A stretch of DNA of 50,361 nucleotides, filler included, from Jimgerdemannia flammicorona (lineage: Eukaryota), in the NCBI GenBank assembly GCA_003990765.1. It is 2 parts of 2 records of this genome, joined end to end, with 100 filler letters (N's around TTAATTAATTAA, not from the genome) between each part and the next. Parts side by side here need not be neighbours in the genome. Positions count along the whole stretch, not along the records: positions 1 to 25,135 come from RBNJ01000878.1; 1 more part is not named here. One strand, written 5' to 3'. Below the pieces are notes generated by a model. The model made no database searches. It saw only the letters and a list, made by a program, of their open reading frames with translations, and was not told where the DNA came from. The first letter of the stretch is position 1. Every line of letters starts with the position of its first letter. Of the stretch, positions 1-11,000 are shown piece after piece. A program made the position numbers and the translations under genes.

Positions 1-3000
1 CCCTCAACCTCCCCCTGCCCGAGCACCACCCAATTACCCACTATCTGAACCCTCCCACCACTCTTCTGGGCGATATGCTACACCAGACCCCTGTGGTACC
101 CCCCACCCATCCTCCAACCCCGCCACCAGCTATTCAAAATATCCAACATCAACCATTCCCACCAGGCCATCTTGTCACTAACCCCGACCCGGCACCCTTT
201 CTCAAATACATAAACCCAATGACCCACCAGCCCAACCCACATAGCTAAAGCCCAACTAAGGGTCAGCCATTTGTCCCCAACTCCTCCCACCAGTTGCTGG
301 CAGAGCTCTCCCCATCTCCCCCCTACCTCTCCCTCCATGGCACCCCGCCCTACCCTGTCCCTAACATCTCTCCAAAACTCCCCCAAAACCTCGCATTTCC
401 CAAGCCAATGTTCAGGCATTTGTATCACTCCTCCCTCCTGACCCACATTGAAACAATTCTCGCACTCGAATACCCCACTATCCACCAAGTGTCCAGACCG
501 ATAGTTCAATATCACATTCCACCATAGGACCTGCCACCACACCACCCAGAACTTGGGGGGCAGCCACTGCCACACCTGTTTGCTCCAAAGCCAGAGTCCA
601 TTCCAATCCCACTCCTCTCTAATTCCAACCCTCTGCCAGGCTTCTGGCCACAGGTCTCCACCTAGGCCTCACAAACACTCCAGGCCCTTACCAAGCTGAA
701 AGTCCTCCACCAGGACACCACCCAATAGAAGCCTGTCCCACTACCACATCTGCAGTCTCCAAACCTCCTCAGCTTCTTCACCTTGCTACTGAAGTCCAAT
801 CTTCTTAGCACCATCTACCACCCCCCACCAAAAGCCTGTAAACCACATCTTCCTGCTCCCTTCCATGGCCATCATCACAAGCAGATCCCCGGAGCTACTA
901 CATGGGGAGTACCGAATCTCCCACAACCTCTGCATGAGTGGTACCCACTCCTGTCCCCTGAGCTCGCTTGCTCTATGCAGCCACCAGGCTCTCAGATATA
1001 GAAGCTGCTTAGTAAAGTCCACTAGGCCTAGCCCACCTCTTTCCAAGGGCAGTGTGAGCACCTCCCAACCAACCTGGCTTTGCCATCCTCCCCAGATCCA
1101 TGACCTTGCCATCTTCGACAACTCCTTAACCACCCAGGTTGGGAAATCCAAATAATATCCAATATACTACAGCTTCGGCATCCAGTACACATTCAACACC
1201 ATCACCCTTCCAGCAAGGGACATATGCCAGCCTCCCCATCACAGCAAGACATTACCCCACTCCAGAAGTTTATGGTCCCACTATGCCTGAGGAAGAAGAG
1301 ATCCGAATACTGAGAAGTAAATCCCCAAGTAGCGCACTAGTTCACCTGTCAGTACCACTGTCTCAATAACATTGCCACCAACAATTCCAGTGCTCAGCAC
1401 CAGCGTCTCACATTTGTGCCAGTTAAGTTTAGCACCAGAACCCTGCTCATACCATTCCACAGTCTTCTGTAACTCTCCCACATCTCCCAAGGAGCCCAGC
1501 CCGACCACCATGTCATCAGCAAAGGCCCCCACCTTCCAGTTCACCCCTAAAATGTCCAAGTCTCCAATCTTATGCCAAATCCTGTCCAGTAGTGGCTCCA
1601 GGGAAAGAGCATACAATATGAGCGACAAGGGGTCCCCTTGTGGTACCCCACATCCCAGGGGAAAAGTCACCCCCCTGTGGCCATTGATGACTAATGCTGC
1701 CTGACTGTCCTCCAGAAGGCTGATTACTGAACTTCAGATCCCTGGCGGGATACCAATCCACTTCAGCACTCCTTCCAGCCATATTCTCCACACTCTATCA
1801 TAAGCCTTCTCTTGGTCCAGAAATACCAATCAGTCATCCACCCCTGTCGCCCGGATACCTTCAATCACTCCATGAACCCAGGCTGTCCCATCTCGAATCA
1901 ACTGACCACCAACAAACCCACGTTGCTCCACACCAAGAACCTGCTGAGCGATGCCTTGCAACCTCATCACCAAGATTTTCATCACCAATTTGTGGTCCAT
2001 GTTGAGCAGCATAATTGGCCACCAGTTCTTCCAGTCCTCTCGCCTACCCTTGTCCTTAAAGAGCAAAGAGACCAGCCCTAAGCGCTGTCCCCCAATCCAG
2101 GCACCAGACCGAAGAACTCCATCACACATAGCAGTCATTTCCTCTAGCACCTCACCCACCCCAGTCATCTTCTGCCAAAAATCCCAGGGAAGCCCATCCT
2201 CTCCCAGAGCTGTCCCCTTACTCATTGAGGCCACAACCCTGCAAATCTCCTCACCACTCACTAGGTCCCCCAATGCCCCAAGTCCAACCGCAGGGTATGG
2301 GTGCCAATCCCCCATCCTCCTCACTCCAAATATTCCCCCACCAGGTTCACAGTAGGCCCAGAATTGCCGGAGTCTCCACCACCAGCTCGCCATTCTCATC
2401 CAAAACTCCCTCCCACTGTTGCCTCATTTGTCATGCTTGTAATAACCATGACAAAAATCTGATAGGTCTCTCCCCCTCCTCAAGCCCCTGCCACCTCAGA
2501 CAGGTCACCATTCCCTGCAACTGCTCCTCCTCCTCCCTGTGTAGCACCCCTTTGAGCTCCGCCACCTCCTGCCAGATCCTCGCAATATGCCAATCAGTCA
2601 TGGCCCCATCCTCCAATATACCTGCCCATCTCTCCATGAGTACTGCCAGATGCTGTGAGGTCCACAGCACCTGCCGCCTTCGCTGGGCACACTTCCCTTT
2701 CCCCGCTTCCCTCTAATACTTCTGAGCCTTTGCCTTCAGCCTTCTCCAGTGGTCCCCAATTGCCAGTCCTTGTTCCCACCACCTGCCGATATTTCCAACC
2801 ACCTCTGATTCTCACCCCTCCCACAACACTCTATCCTCCAACAGGGAAGAATTTAGTTGCCAATATCCCGGCCCATCCGCATTTCCCCCAAACCTCCTCC
2901 CTCCAAGCAGCCCCCAGTGATCAGACCATAGACACCATATGACTTCCAGCATCGACCAGACATCAGTTCTCCAACACTCTGCTGTTAGAACCCAGTCAAT

Positions 3001-3598
3001 CCTGGAGCCCAGTCCTGCCACCCAGTGGGTGTACATCCACCAATCAGTCCAAAAATGTCTTTCTGAGTCTACTAGAGAACACAACCTCTCCATCTCCAAC
3101 CAGTCACCCAATCCACCACTTTCACTCCACATACCTCTCCCTCCATCAGTTCTGTCCAACTCCTTATCCTGTACCATGTTGAAGTCACCCCCCATACAGT
3201 CTAACCCAACCTCTCCCACCACACCAGCCTCTTTCAATCTGCGGATCCATTCCACCCTCTCCCCTCTCTCAGCTGGGCAGTAACAGGACCCAACCATCAG
3301 TGGGCCCCATCCAGGCTGCTTCCACACTCCCCATACCACCCAAGACCCATAATGTCCAATGTTCCCAATGTCCCCCATCCCTTTCCGAATGAGAATACAC
3401 ACTTTCCCCCTCCAAACTGCTGTGCCCCCCCATTCCTTAGTCCAAATCCTGTAAGTCCATATCTGCCTCATAACAAACATCCTGCAGTAAGAAGAGGTCT
3501 GCATCCAGTCCCTTAAGCCAACCAAATATAAACTTCCTCCTCGCCGACCCCCATAGCCCATTAACGTTCAATGAGAAAATCCTAGTTGTACTGTTCAT
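1..3598 (-). pseudogene. LINE ORF2 (APE endonuclease - reverse transcriptase - zinc knuckle), disrupted
   Basis: ATG at 3598. An extra T near 3445 relative to the right copy (caggatTtgg vs caggattgg) shifts the frame. Many R>W and T>M changes typical of CpG decay (NWWPIMLLNMDHK for the usual NWRPITLLNTDYK). Confidence 0.93.
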
Positions 3599-3629
3599 AT
3601 TGAAGAAATGTTGCAATAGAGACCCCACC

Positions 3630-4904
3630 CTACAATTCTATGCTCATCTCATCTCCTGCCAGATCCAAGTGCTGCTCAGCTTCCAATTTACCCTCTGCAT
3701 TATCCTGAGCATCCAGTGCCCCCAAGATTTCCTGACATTCCACCCTGTCCACTTCCTCCATATTAGCCCTGTAGTTCAAGCAGACAGCACGCCACTTCTC
3801 CAGTCCCTTCCTCAAATTCCACAAGAAAAGTGCTCTGTTACTTGCAATCCTCCTAAGTTCCTCCTCTCGCTAATTATCAACCTGATATTCAACCGACTCC
3901 AGGAGGACTGTCAGGATCTCATTCCTCATCTTCCTCGGCACCTCCTCCCCCCATAGGATCTCCTCCCAATACTTCTCCTCCAACACTCTGAAGTCCTCAC
4001 CCCCCAGCTCTTCAGCCGCTACCCCTTCCAAGGTCTTCCACATCCACTTCTCCTTATCTACTGCCTCCACCGCCCCCTGAGCGATTTGTCCTCCATCCAC
4101 CTCAGGGTCCACCAGTGTGCTCCTCCTCACTGACTCATCCCACTCCTCATCCAGCACATCCATCAACTCCTTCTCCCCCTCTGCCCCATCCAGAACACTA
4201 TACTGAGGGTGCACACCCTCACCCATTTTGGCATCCACCTCCAAAATGCCCTCCCTCCCCTCTCCACCTCCAATCTGAACCTTGCCCTGGGCCATCTCTC
4301 CCCCCTCAGCCCAGGTGCTCTCCCACGACCCTGCAACACCCTCTCCTGAGCTTCCACCAGCCCCCCCCCCACCCAACTTTGCCAACAGCTCCTTCTGGAT
4401 CCTCCTCCCCTACATCTTTTCCCAGGCCCCCTTCTCCATCCGGATCCTCTTCCCATCCACCTCCCCCACTACTGTCCTGGCCTCAAACTCCTTCCAGGCC
4501 AATCTCCTCCTCACCACTGCCCCTTCCAGGTCCTCCAGAGCCTCCAACAGGTCCTTCTCCTCCTCCGGAGTCCCCTTCACCCTGGTGACCTTATACTCCA
4601 CCGGTTCCCACCGCAGTGCTGCTGGCTAGTCCCTCGACTTTCCCATATTCTCCTTCCCAGCCAGCCTCACCTGGACATCGACATCGCCAGTTCTAAGCTC
4701 TGTTCCCTCCCAGACCTTGAACCCAATATCCACAATCTCGCCATACTCCTTAACTGCCTCCACAACCAACTCCCTGGACCTTTCCTTTGATATAGTCGGG
4801 AGGTCCAATACCATCAGCTGCACCACTCGAGGGTCCCAGCACATGCACTAGGCCATAGGGACCACAACTCCACCAACCATCACCCCCTTCTCCATAGCTG
4901 CCAA
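3630..4904 (-). pseudogene. LINE ORF1 (partial, premature stops)
   Basis: ORF pieces 4626..4844, 4410..4601, 3870..4385 and 3630..3824 align with the plus-strand ORFs 48189..49340 and 49347..50105. Confidence 0.9.
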
Positions 4905-5600
4905 AGTTTGGGATTAGCTGAGCAGTAATGGTATATATTTTACATTTCTCCCAAATATACTTATTTATCTCTTTTGACTTATCAAAATAGTATAGTACCA
5001 ATTTGACTAGTTTATAATAGCTCATTCTTATTCTAAATCTGTTTCTTCCCATTTTTATTCATATTTATCTCAATGTAAAACTTTTTCAAAAATATGATAA
5101 TTCTTAAGAATATCTTTAAGAGTGGTATTAGTGGTATAGAGGTATAAATCTTTATATATTCCAATAGGTTGCAAAGATTGTGCTGGAATTGCTTGAGCTT
5201 TTTGTAGGGCAATATATCTTTAGCTTTCTTCTGAGCTTATTTAATATTCTCTTCAGCTTTTTGTTTGATGTGAGAGTAGTGGTAAAGGTGACAATAGTAG
5301 TAATAGTAGTACATAGTAGTAGTAGTAGTGGTAGTGGTGGGGGTAATAATAGTAGTAGTGGCAGCAGTGATAGCTTTCTTTTGAGTAGTAGTGGTAGCTT
5401 TCTTCCAGACTTGTCACTCATTATATATTCTGATATTTTATATAACACTTGTCTTGACTTTTTACTTCATTCAAATATGCTCCTCATTATCAGAAGTATT
5501 CTCATTACTAGCTAAAGTTAGTGAAGGAGTAATACTAGTTCTTGATGTGTAAAATATTCCTTTATTAACTATAATGTATACTTCTTCAATGTTAATTTAA
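4905..5600 (-). mobile_element. Hypermutated AT-rich relic, possibly a Helitron Rep N-terminal region
   Basis: One minus frame reads ...VYLGEM*NIYHYCSANPKLWQ up to the LINE junction. This resembles the YLGxMxxxCxxCxAxxW motif of Helitron Rep proteins once G>A and C>T changes are reverted. Contains (TAG)n at ~5295-5330. Confidence 0.3.
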
Positions 5601-6480
5601 TAAGAAAGGTTTGTATTTCATAGATATAGTTTTTAATATTAGCTAGAAAGTTAAAGTAATTGATTGAGATACTCATATTTTGATTATTGTTTATTTGCAA
5701 ACTATTGTTAAAAAGGTATATCAGTTACAAAAATATATATATTAGCTATAAGATTTTATAATTACTTTCTGATTTTACAGTCATATATTATACTTGGCCA
5801 TTTCAAGATTTTGAGAATTTTAAATAATTATTAGAAGTATGAGGATTTTGAACTTGAGATAACAAGATGATTGTATTAAGATTTTATTGAAAGTGTGAGA
5901 ATTTTGAACTTAAGATAAGAAAATTATAGATAGATAATAATAGTTAATAGAAATATTATTATAATTATTTTATATTTATATTATAGTTATTATATATATT
6001 TATACTATAATATATATAAAAAGAGAGATTTTATACCAAATATATTTACAGATACTATATTTGGTAAAATAATAATTTTTGTAAGAAAATTTGTCTATAT
6101 ATAGTTATAATCTAAGAGATAATGAATAAAGAATAAGTGGGTGAAGACTGTGGGTGGGTGACTATAAAAAAAAGTATAATAAGTAAAAAAAAAGCATAAT
6201 AATAAAAAAAATATAATAAGTAAAAAAAGTATATATATATATATATTCCTTTGACTGTTTTGCATCTATATTTAGAGATAAGATTTTAAAAGTTTATAAC
6301 TTTTATTGGTAAACAAATTGAAATATATTTTTAACAAAAAAACAATATTTCAAAAAATTATTTCTTTCAAACCTTAATTTGTTTGCTTAATGAATTTAAA
6401 AGATGATATTATCTATAGTCAAAGAGATAATGAAAAAAATATAATAAGTAAAAAAAGCTTACTAAAAAGTATATATACTA

Positions 6481-6806
6481 TTAGGAATCCTAGATAGCTA
6501 GCCATATGGCCAATAGCTAGTAAAGATGACTTAGTTTTAAATTTATAGCTAACTGACCAAGTGGCTCAATCTTAAATTTAGTTTAGCCAGATAGTCAATC
6601 TATAAATTTAAAGCCAAGCCACTCTATCTTGATCTTAAATTTATAGCTAACTAGTTAAGTAGAATTTATAGATCTTTTATTTAATTTTGAAAATTTGGAA
6701 ATCAGAATAGCCAAATAAGGCCTAACTATTTAACCAACTAGCCAATTTATAAATTTAAGACTGAGCCATCCTGGTCAGCCATTGGCTATATGACCTCTCT
6801 ATATAC
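6481..6806. repeat. Foldback/MITE-like element with ~47-bp inverted repeats; host site of the Gypsy insertion
   Basis: 6501-6547 is an imperfect reverse complement of 6748-6794, and nearly all mismatches are transitions. Internal ttaaatttatagctaact repeats are present. Similar sequence resumes at 16798-16910. Confidence 0.55.
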
Positions 6807-8018
6807 TATGATGAGCAAATAGTATAACATAGCCAGATGATGTAAACTTCTAGTATAGTATAGTTACTCATGCCTGTCATACTTATAATTAGCCAGAATA
6901 CTGAATCAGAGTTATTTATCTATGTCCTGAAAACACATCTATATTTAGTAGATATACTTATATCCTGTAGATATACCCAAATATTACCAGAGATGATAAA
7001 TCTATAATTATTCAGATAGTAACCAGATAGCAACTATAATAAATAAAATATCCTAGAGATAAGAGTGAATTAACCTCAGTTTGAAATTTAAAGTAAAAGA
7101 CAAGTCTGCCTATCACACTTTAAGAGAAACTCTATAGTTACTACTAGAAGATTGTGAGCTTACTTTTCACTCTGGTCTACTTTCTGATATAAAGAACAAG
7201 TCTATTTTTGGTTTTCTTACTAGATAAGCCTGAAGAAATTGCTGAGTTCAAGAAAGAACTTCACCACTATTTGAGTAATCTACTGCTTAAGGAATAAGCT
7301 ACCATTTTTAAGAAAAACCTATATTCTCAGAGAGCCTACTATAAGGAACCTTGCTATAAAGCCAGTCTGTTGACACAACTTTATAGTAGAGCTAGTCTAA
7401 TGATATAACTCCATACAAACAAAGCCAGTCTTGATACAACTTTACTCAAGAAATCTGCTATTCTTAGAAGCCTACTGATTCAGAAAAAATCTACATCATC
7501 TGAGTTATCTAAATATCTACCATCTAAGTTATTTATCTATTTCTAGGGAGCTTGATTCAGAAGAATCCACACTATCTACTATTTCCAGAAAGCTACTGAT
7601 TCAGGAGAATCTACACCCAAATTAAGTTATCTACCAAATTGCCAGAATGTCATATATAAGGAATCTGCTATACTATACAAGAAATCATTATGCAGAAATT
7701 ACATACTTTTAGAGATTGTCATTTAAGAAAAAAACTGCTAAATTATCAGACTATTATACATAAGAAATCACCACACTATATAGAGATCATCATGCTATAC
7801 TAAATTATCTACCACATATACAAATTACCACTATATCTAGAGAACTATCTCAATAAGGAAATTGATATACAAATTGACTGCAGATATCCAACTTTGACTA
7901 TTATATCACTAAATATTAAGAACATTTTATTACTTTTTAACAAAGTAACTAAGGGCTCAAGCTAAACTACATTAACCCCAACCTTATAATTTACCTCCAT
8001 TGTGCTGGGCACATTATA
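6807..8018 (+). repeat. 5' LTR
   Basis: Aligns with 15583-16793. Termini are TA...TA, i.e. the canonical TG...CA with both ends mutated. Confidence 0.92.
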
Positions 8019-8019
8019 T

Positions 8020-8038
8020 TCAGGGGCTCAACTGGGAA
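8020..8038 (+). promoter_or_regulatory. Probable primer-binding site, tRNA-Pro-like
   Basis: caggggctcaactgggaa lies just after the 5' LTR and matches the tRNA-Pro-type PBS TGGGGGCTCGTCCGGGAT at 12/18 positions; four of the six mismatches are transitions. Confidence 0.5.
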
Positions 8039-8050
8039 GATTTCAAATTA

Positions 8051-11000
8051 ATGAGACTTTTCAGCTTATAAGAACTCACAGCCAAACTGGATATATTTGA
8101 TACAATATCAATCTCTATCACTACAGGAGAACCAGTCATCACTAGTATTTAGACAGGAAGAGAAGTAATTACTTCAAGACTTGCCAACTACTCAGTATCA
8201 GAGAGATCCCAACCAGAAGCCGGTACAGTTCAGAATCCCTAGCCAGTACTAACAGACTTATTATAGGACCAACCAGACCAATCAGATTATACAGGCAGCC
8301 CTGTTGAAAACTTTGAAGAACTTGCACAAGAACTAGAAAATCTTATTACATAAGTCTGGAATCCTGTAGCCAGATATCCCACAGAGGTCCCACTAATCTC
8401 ACCCATTGAACCTTTACCACCAGTTCTTGCAAAATTGAAAGTAGTTTCTTCAAGAATACCTAAGCTCATTCCACTTCATCTGAGGTCCATAATATTATCC
8501 TCAAGATACCCAAGTACTCTCATTTTCAGTAATAGTTCAGAAAGTAAACTAGAGTCAGAATCTGAATCAGAATCCAGATCAGAATTAGAATTAGAAGAAA
8601 GTGACAATGAAATGACTACCTCATTGCCAATCTTTACAAGATATTCAGAAGAAGATCCTAGAGAATTCCTTAATGAGATTGAGAAAATTGCAGCCCTAAA
8701 GAATCTCTCAGACAAAAGAAAAATTGTTATCTACAAGACTCAGCTCAGAGAACCAGTCAGAGGAATTTTCCACTGAGCAGCAAATAACCCACATTTAGAA
8801 CTTGTAATAGAAATATAAGCAGCAGTATTTTATCAGCTGGAATATATAACCATAGATCACTAACTTATTAAAACAATATGCAGGAAATGAAACCTATCAT
8901 AAGGCTCAAGAATCCATCATAGGAATGAAGATGAATCTTAAAGAATTACTTAGAGTCTTCTTTATAAGAATCTAGAAGAGAATGCATGCAGTAGAATTCA
9001 GTGCTGCCAACTAAGACATTATAGGTCCAATGATCTTCATAAATGAAATTCCCCCAAATATTGCCCAGTATGTCTGCACCCTAGATATCAGAAGGTCTAA
9101 AGAATAAGTAGATGCAGCCCAAGGATTCTTTGATGTCAGACAAGAAACTATCTAGAGTAACCATAATAAGAAAGATAATAAAGAAGACATTCTAGTCAAA
9201 GTCTTGCAAGGACTCCTCTAAGAACAGGAGAGATCTGAAGAAAGAAGACCAGCCAAGGAAGGAAAGAAGAATAGGAGTAAAATTCAAGACCTTAGTTCCA
9301 AGTTAGACCAATTGGATGGACAGATTGAAAAACTCACTATATATAAAAATTAGAGTTATAAACAAGACAACAGAGGATATCCACCACAGAGGAATTAAGG
9401 TTATCTACTTAGAGATAACAGGAGCTACCAACAAGAAGAAAGAAGATACTCTGTCTAAGATAGAGCTCAAGTCCAGTGCTTTTACTGTGAATAGTTCAGA
9501 TACTATGTCACTGAATGTAATAATAAAAGAAGTGACTGAAGGGACTCAGAACCACCAAACTGAAGAAATGATATCCAGTATAAGAAGACTGAGACCCACT
9601 CTGTTAAAGATTTCAAAGAAGAAAACAATAGTGAAGACTATAGTAACCTGGACTTGTATCTAATCAAAGTTATCATCCAAAAGACAGTTTATCTAGCAGA
9701 GAAAAGAAAGAGATCTGTAGAGAGGCCATCTAGAAATACCAGTATAAGAATTCAAGAGAAAGATAAAGAACATAAAGAAGAGCAAGTAGAAATATCTTCC
9801 CAGTCTCTTATCTTTTGTTCTCAAAACAAATAAATTGCCTCCAGAAGATAAAGCTGCTCCAAAATCCAAGAAGAAGTATACCTCAAAGACCATACTCAGA
9901 GATATCTACAATAAAGCCTGGTAAAAGATTCAAGAAGTCAAGATAGAAGTTCCTCTCCTATAGTTCCTACAACTAATACCAGCTGGAGTCTGAAATAAAT
10001 TACTGAGGACTATCAGATCTAATACTGACTGAGTTTCAATTCTATAGCAAGAGCTAGCTTCCACCTCTATCTAAGTAGAGAGATATATCAGCACCTATCT
10101 ATATAGAGATATTGGAGGACAAAAGGCAAAAATCCTCATAGATACAGAGCAGCTGTCTATATCATTATCAAATAATTCCTAGATATCCTCCAATAGCCCA
10201 TTGATGGACTATCTAACCTTAGCATTATAGTAGCAGATGGAGCCCAAACTCAACCCCTTGGAGAAGTATGAAACATCACTATCTCCCTTAGACACATCCA
10301 GTTCTCTATCCTAAAAGCTATTATTACTAAAGCTGTTACTTATAATGTGATTCTTAGTATTAACTAAAAGAAGGAAATGAATGCAGTTCTTGATATTGAT
10401 CAACAAGTACTCAAGTTTAACTACCAAGGCAAGAAGTATAGAGTTAAGATGACCAGCTATAAGCAATTAAAGAAGAAGAAGAAGGTCATTATCCAGAAAG
10501 AATATACTAGTAGTAAAGAGTCTACCACAGAAGAGGAAGAAGAATCTGAAGATGGAAATGATCCCAGACTCAATTCCTGAATCAACCTAGTAGATGATAG
10601 GTCAGAAGACAATATGTGGGTCAGAAATACTATTCCCATTACTATTAGAGCCATTGTAGAAGAAATCAAAGGATGCTCTATCTGCCTTAAGAGACACAAG
10701 TGTCCCAAGCACTCTTCCAAGATTATTGAGATAAGGAATTCATCTGGTACAGCTTTTTCTGAGTGTAGAAGAAAGAAGAAGAAATATAGATATACATATT
10801 CCAGAAATACCTATAGCTAAAGCTACAGAAGTATAAGCAATTTGGAGTCAAGAATTATCTGAGAAAGAAGAAGCCCCTGAACAGGAGGTTCCTAAACAAA
10901 AAGTATCTAAAGAAGAAGAGATTCCCAAACTCATTCCCTGGGATAACTCTCACTGGACACCATCTGAAGATAATGACTTCTGGAATATTAAAGAAGAACT

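Larger units (their letters stand above)
1..4904 (-). mobile_element. Degenerate non-LTR retrotransposon (L1/Tx1-like LINE), 5'-truncated inside ORF1, running off the window start
   Basis: Minus-strand fragments give an APE endonuclease start (MNSTTRIFSLNVNG, GGDFN, SRIDW, SDH), RT motifs (GVPQGDPLS, FADD, YLGI) and a C-terminal CxxC..H...C knuckle (ORF 78..575). ORF1 is collinear with the copy at 48189-50105, and homology stops at ~4904 (ttggcagc). Several stops and frameshifts. Confidence 0.95.

Noticed and set aside
294..4629. Pro/Ser-rich plus-strand ORFs over the LINE, and antisense ORFs over genes
   Set aside because: Shadow frames caused by strand compositional bias of real coding sequence on the other strand.
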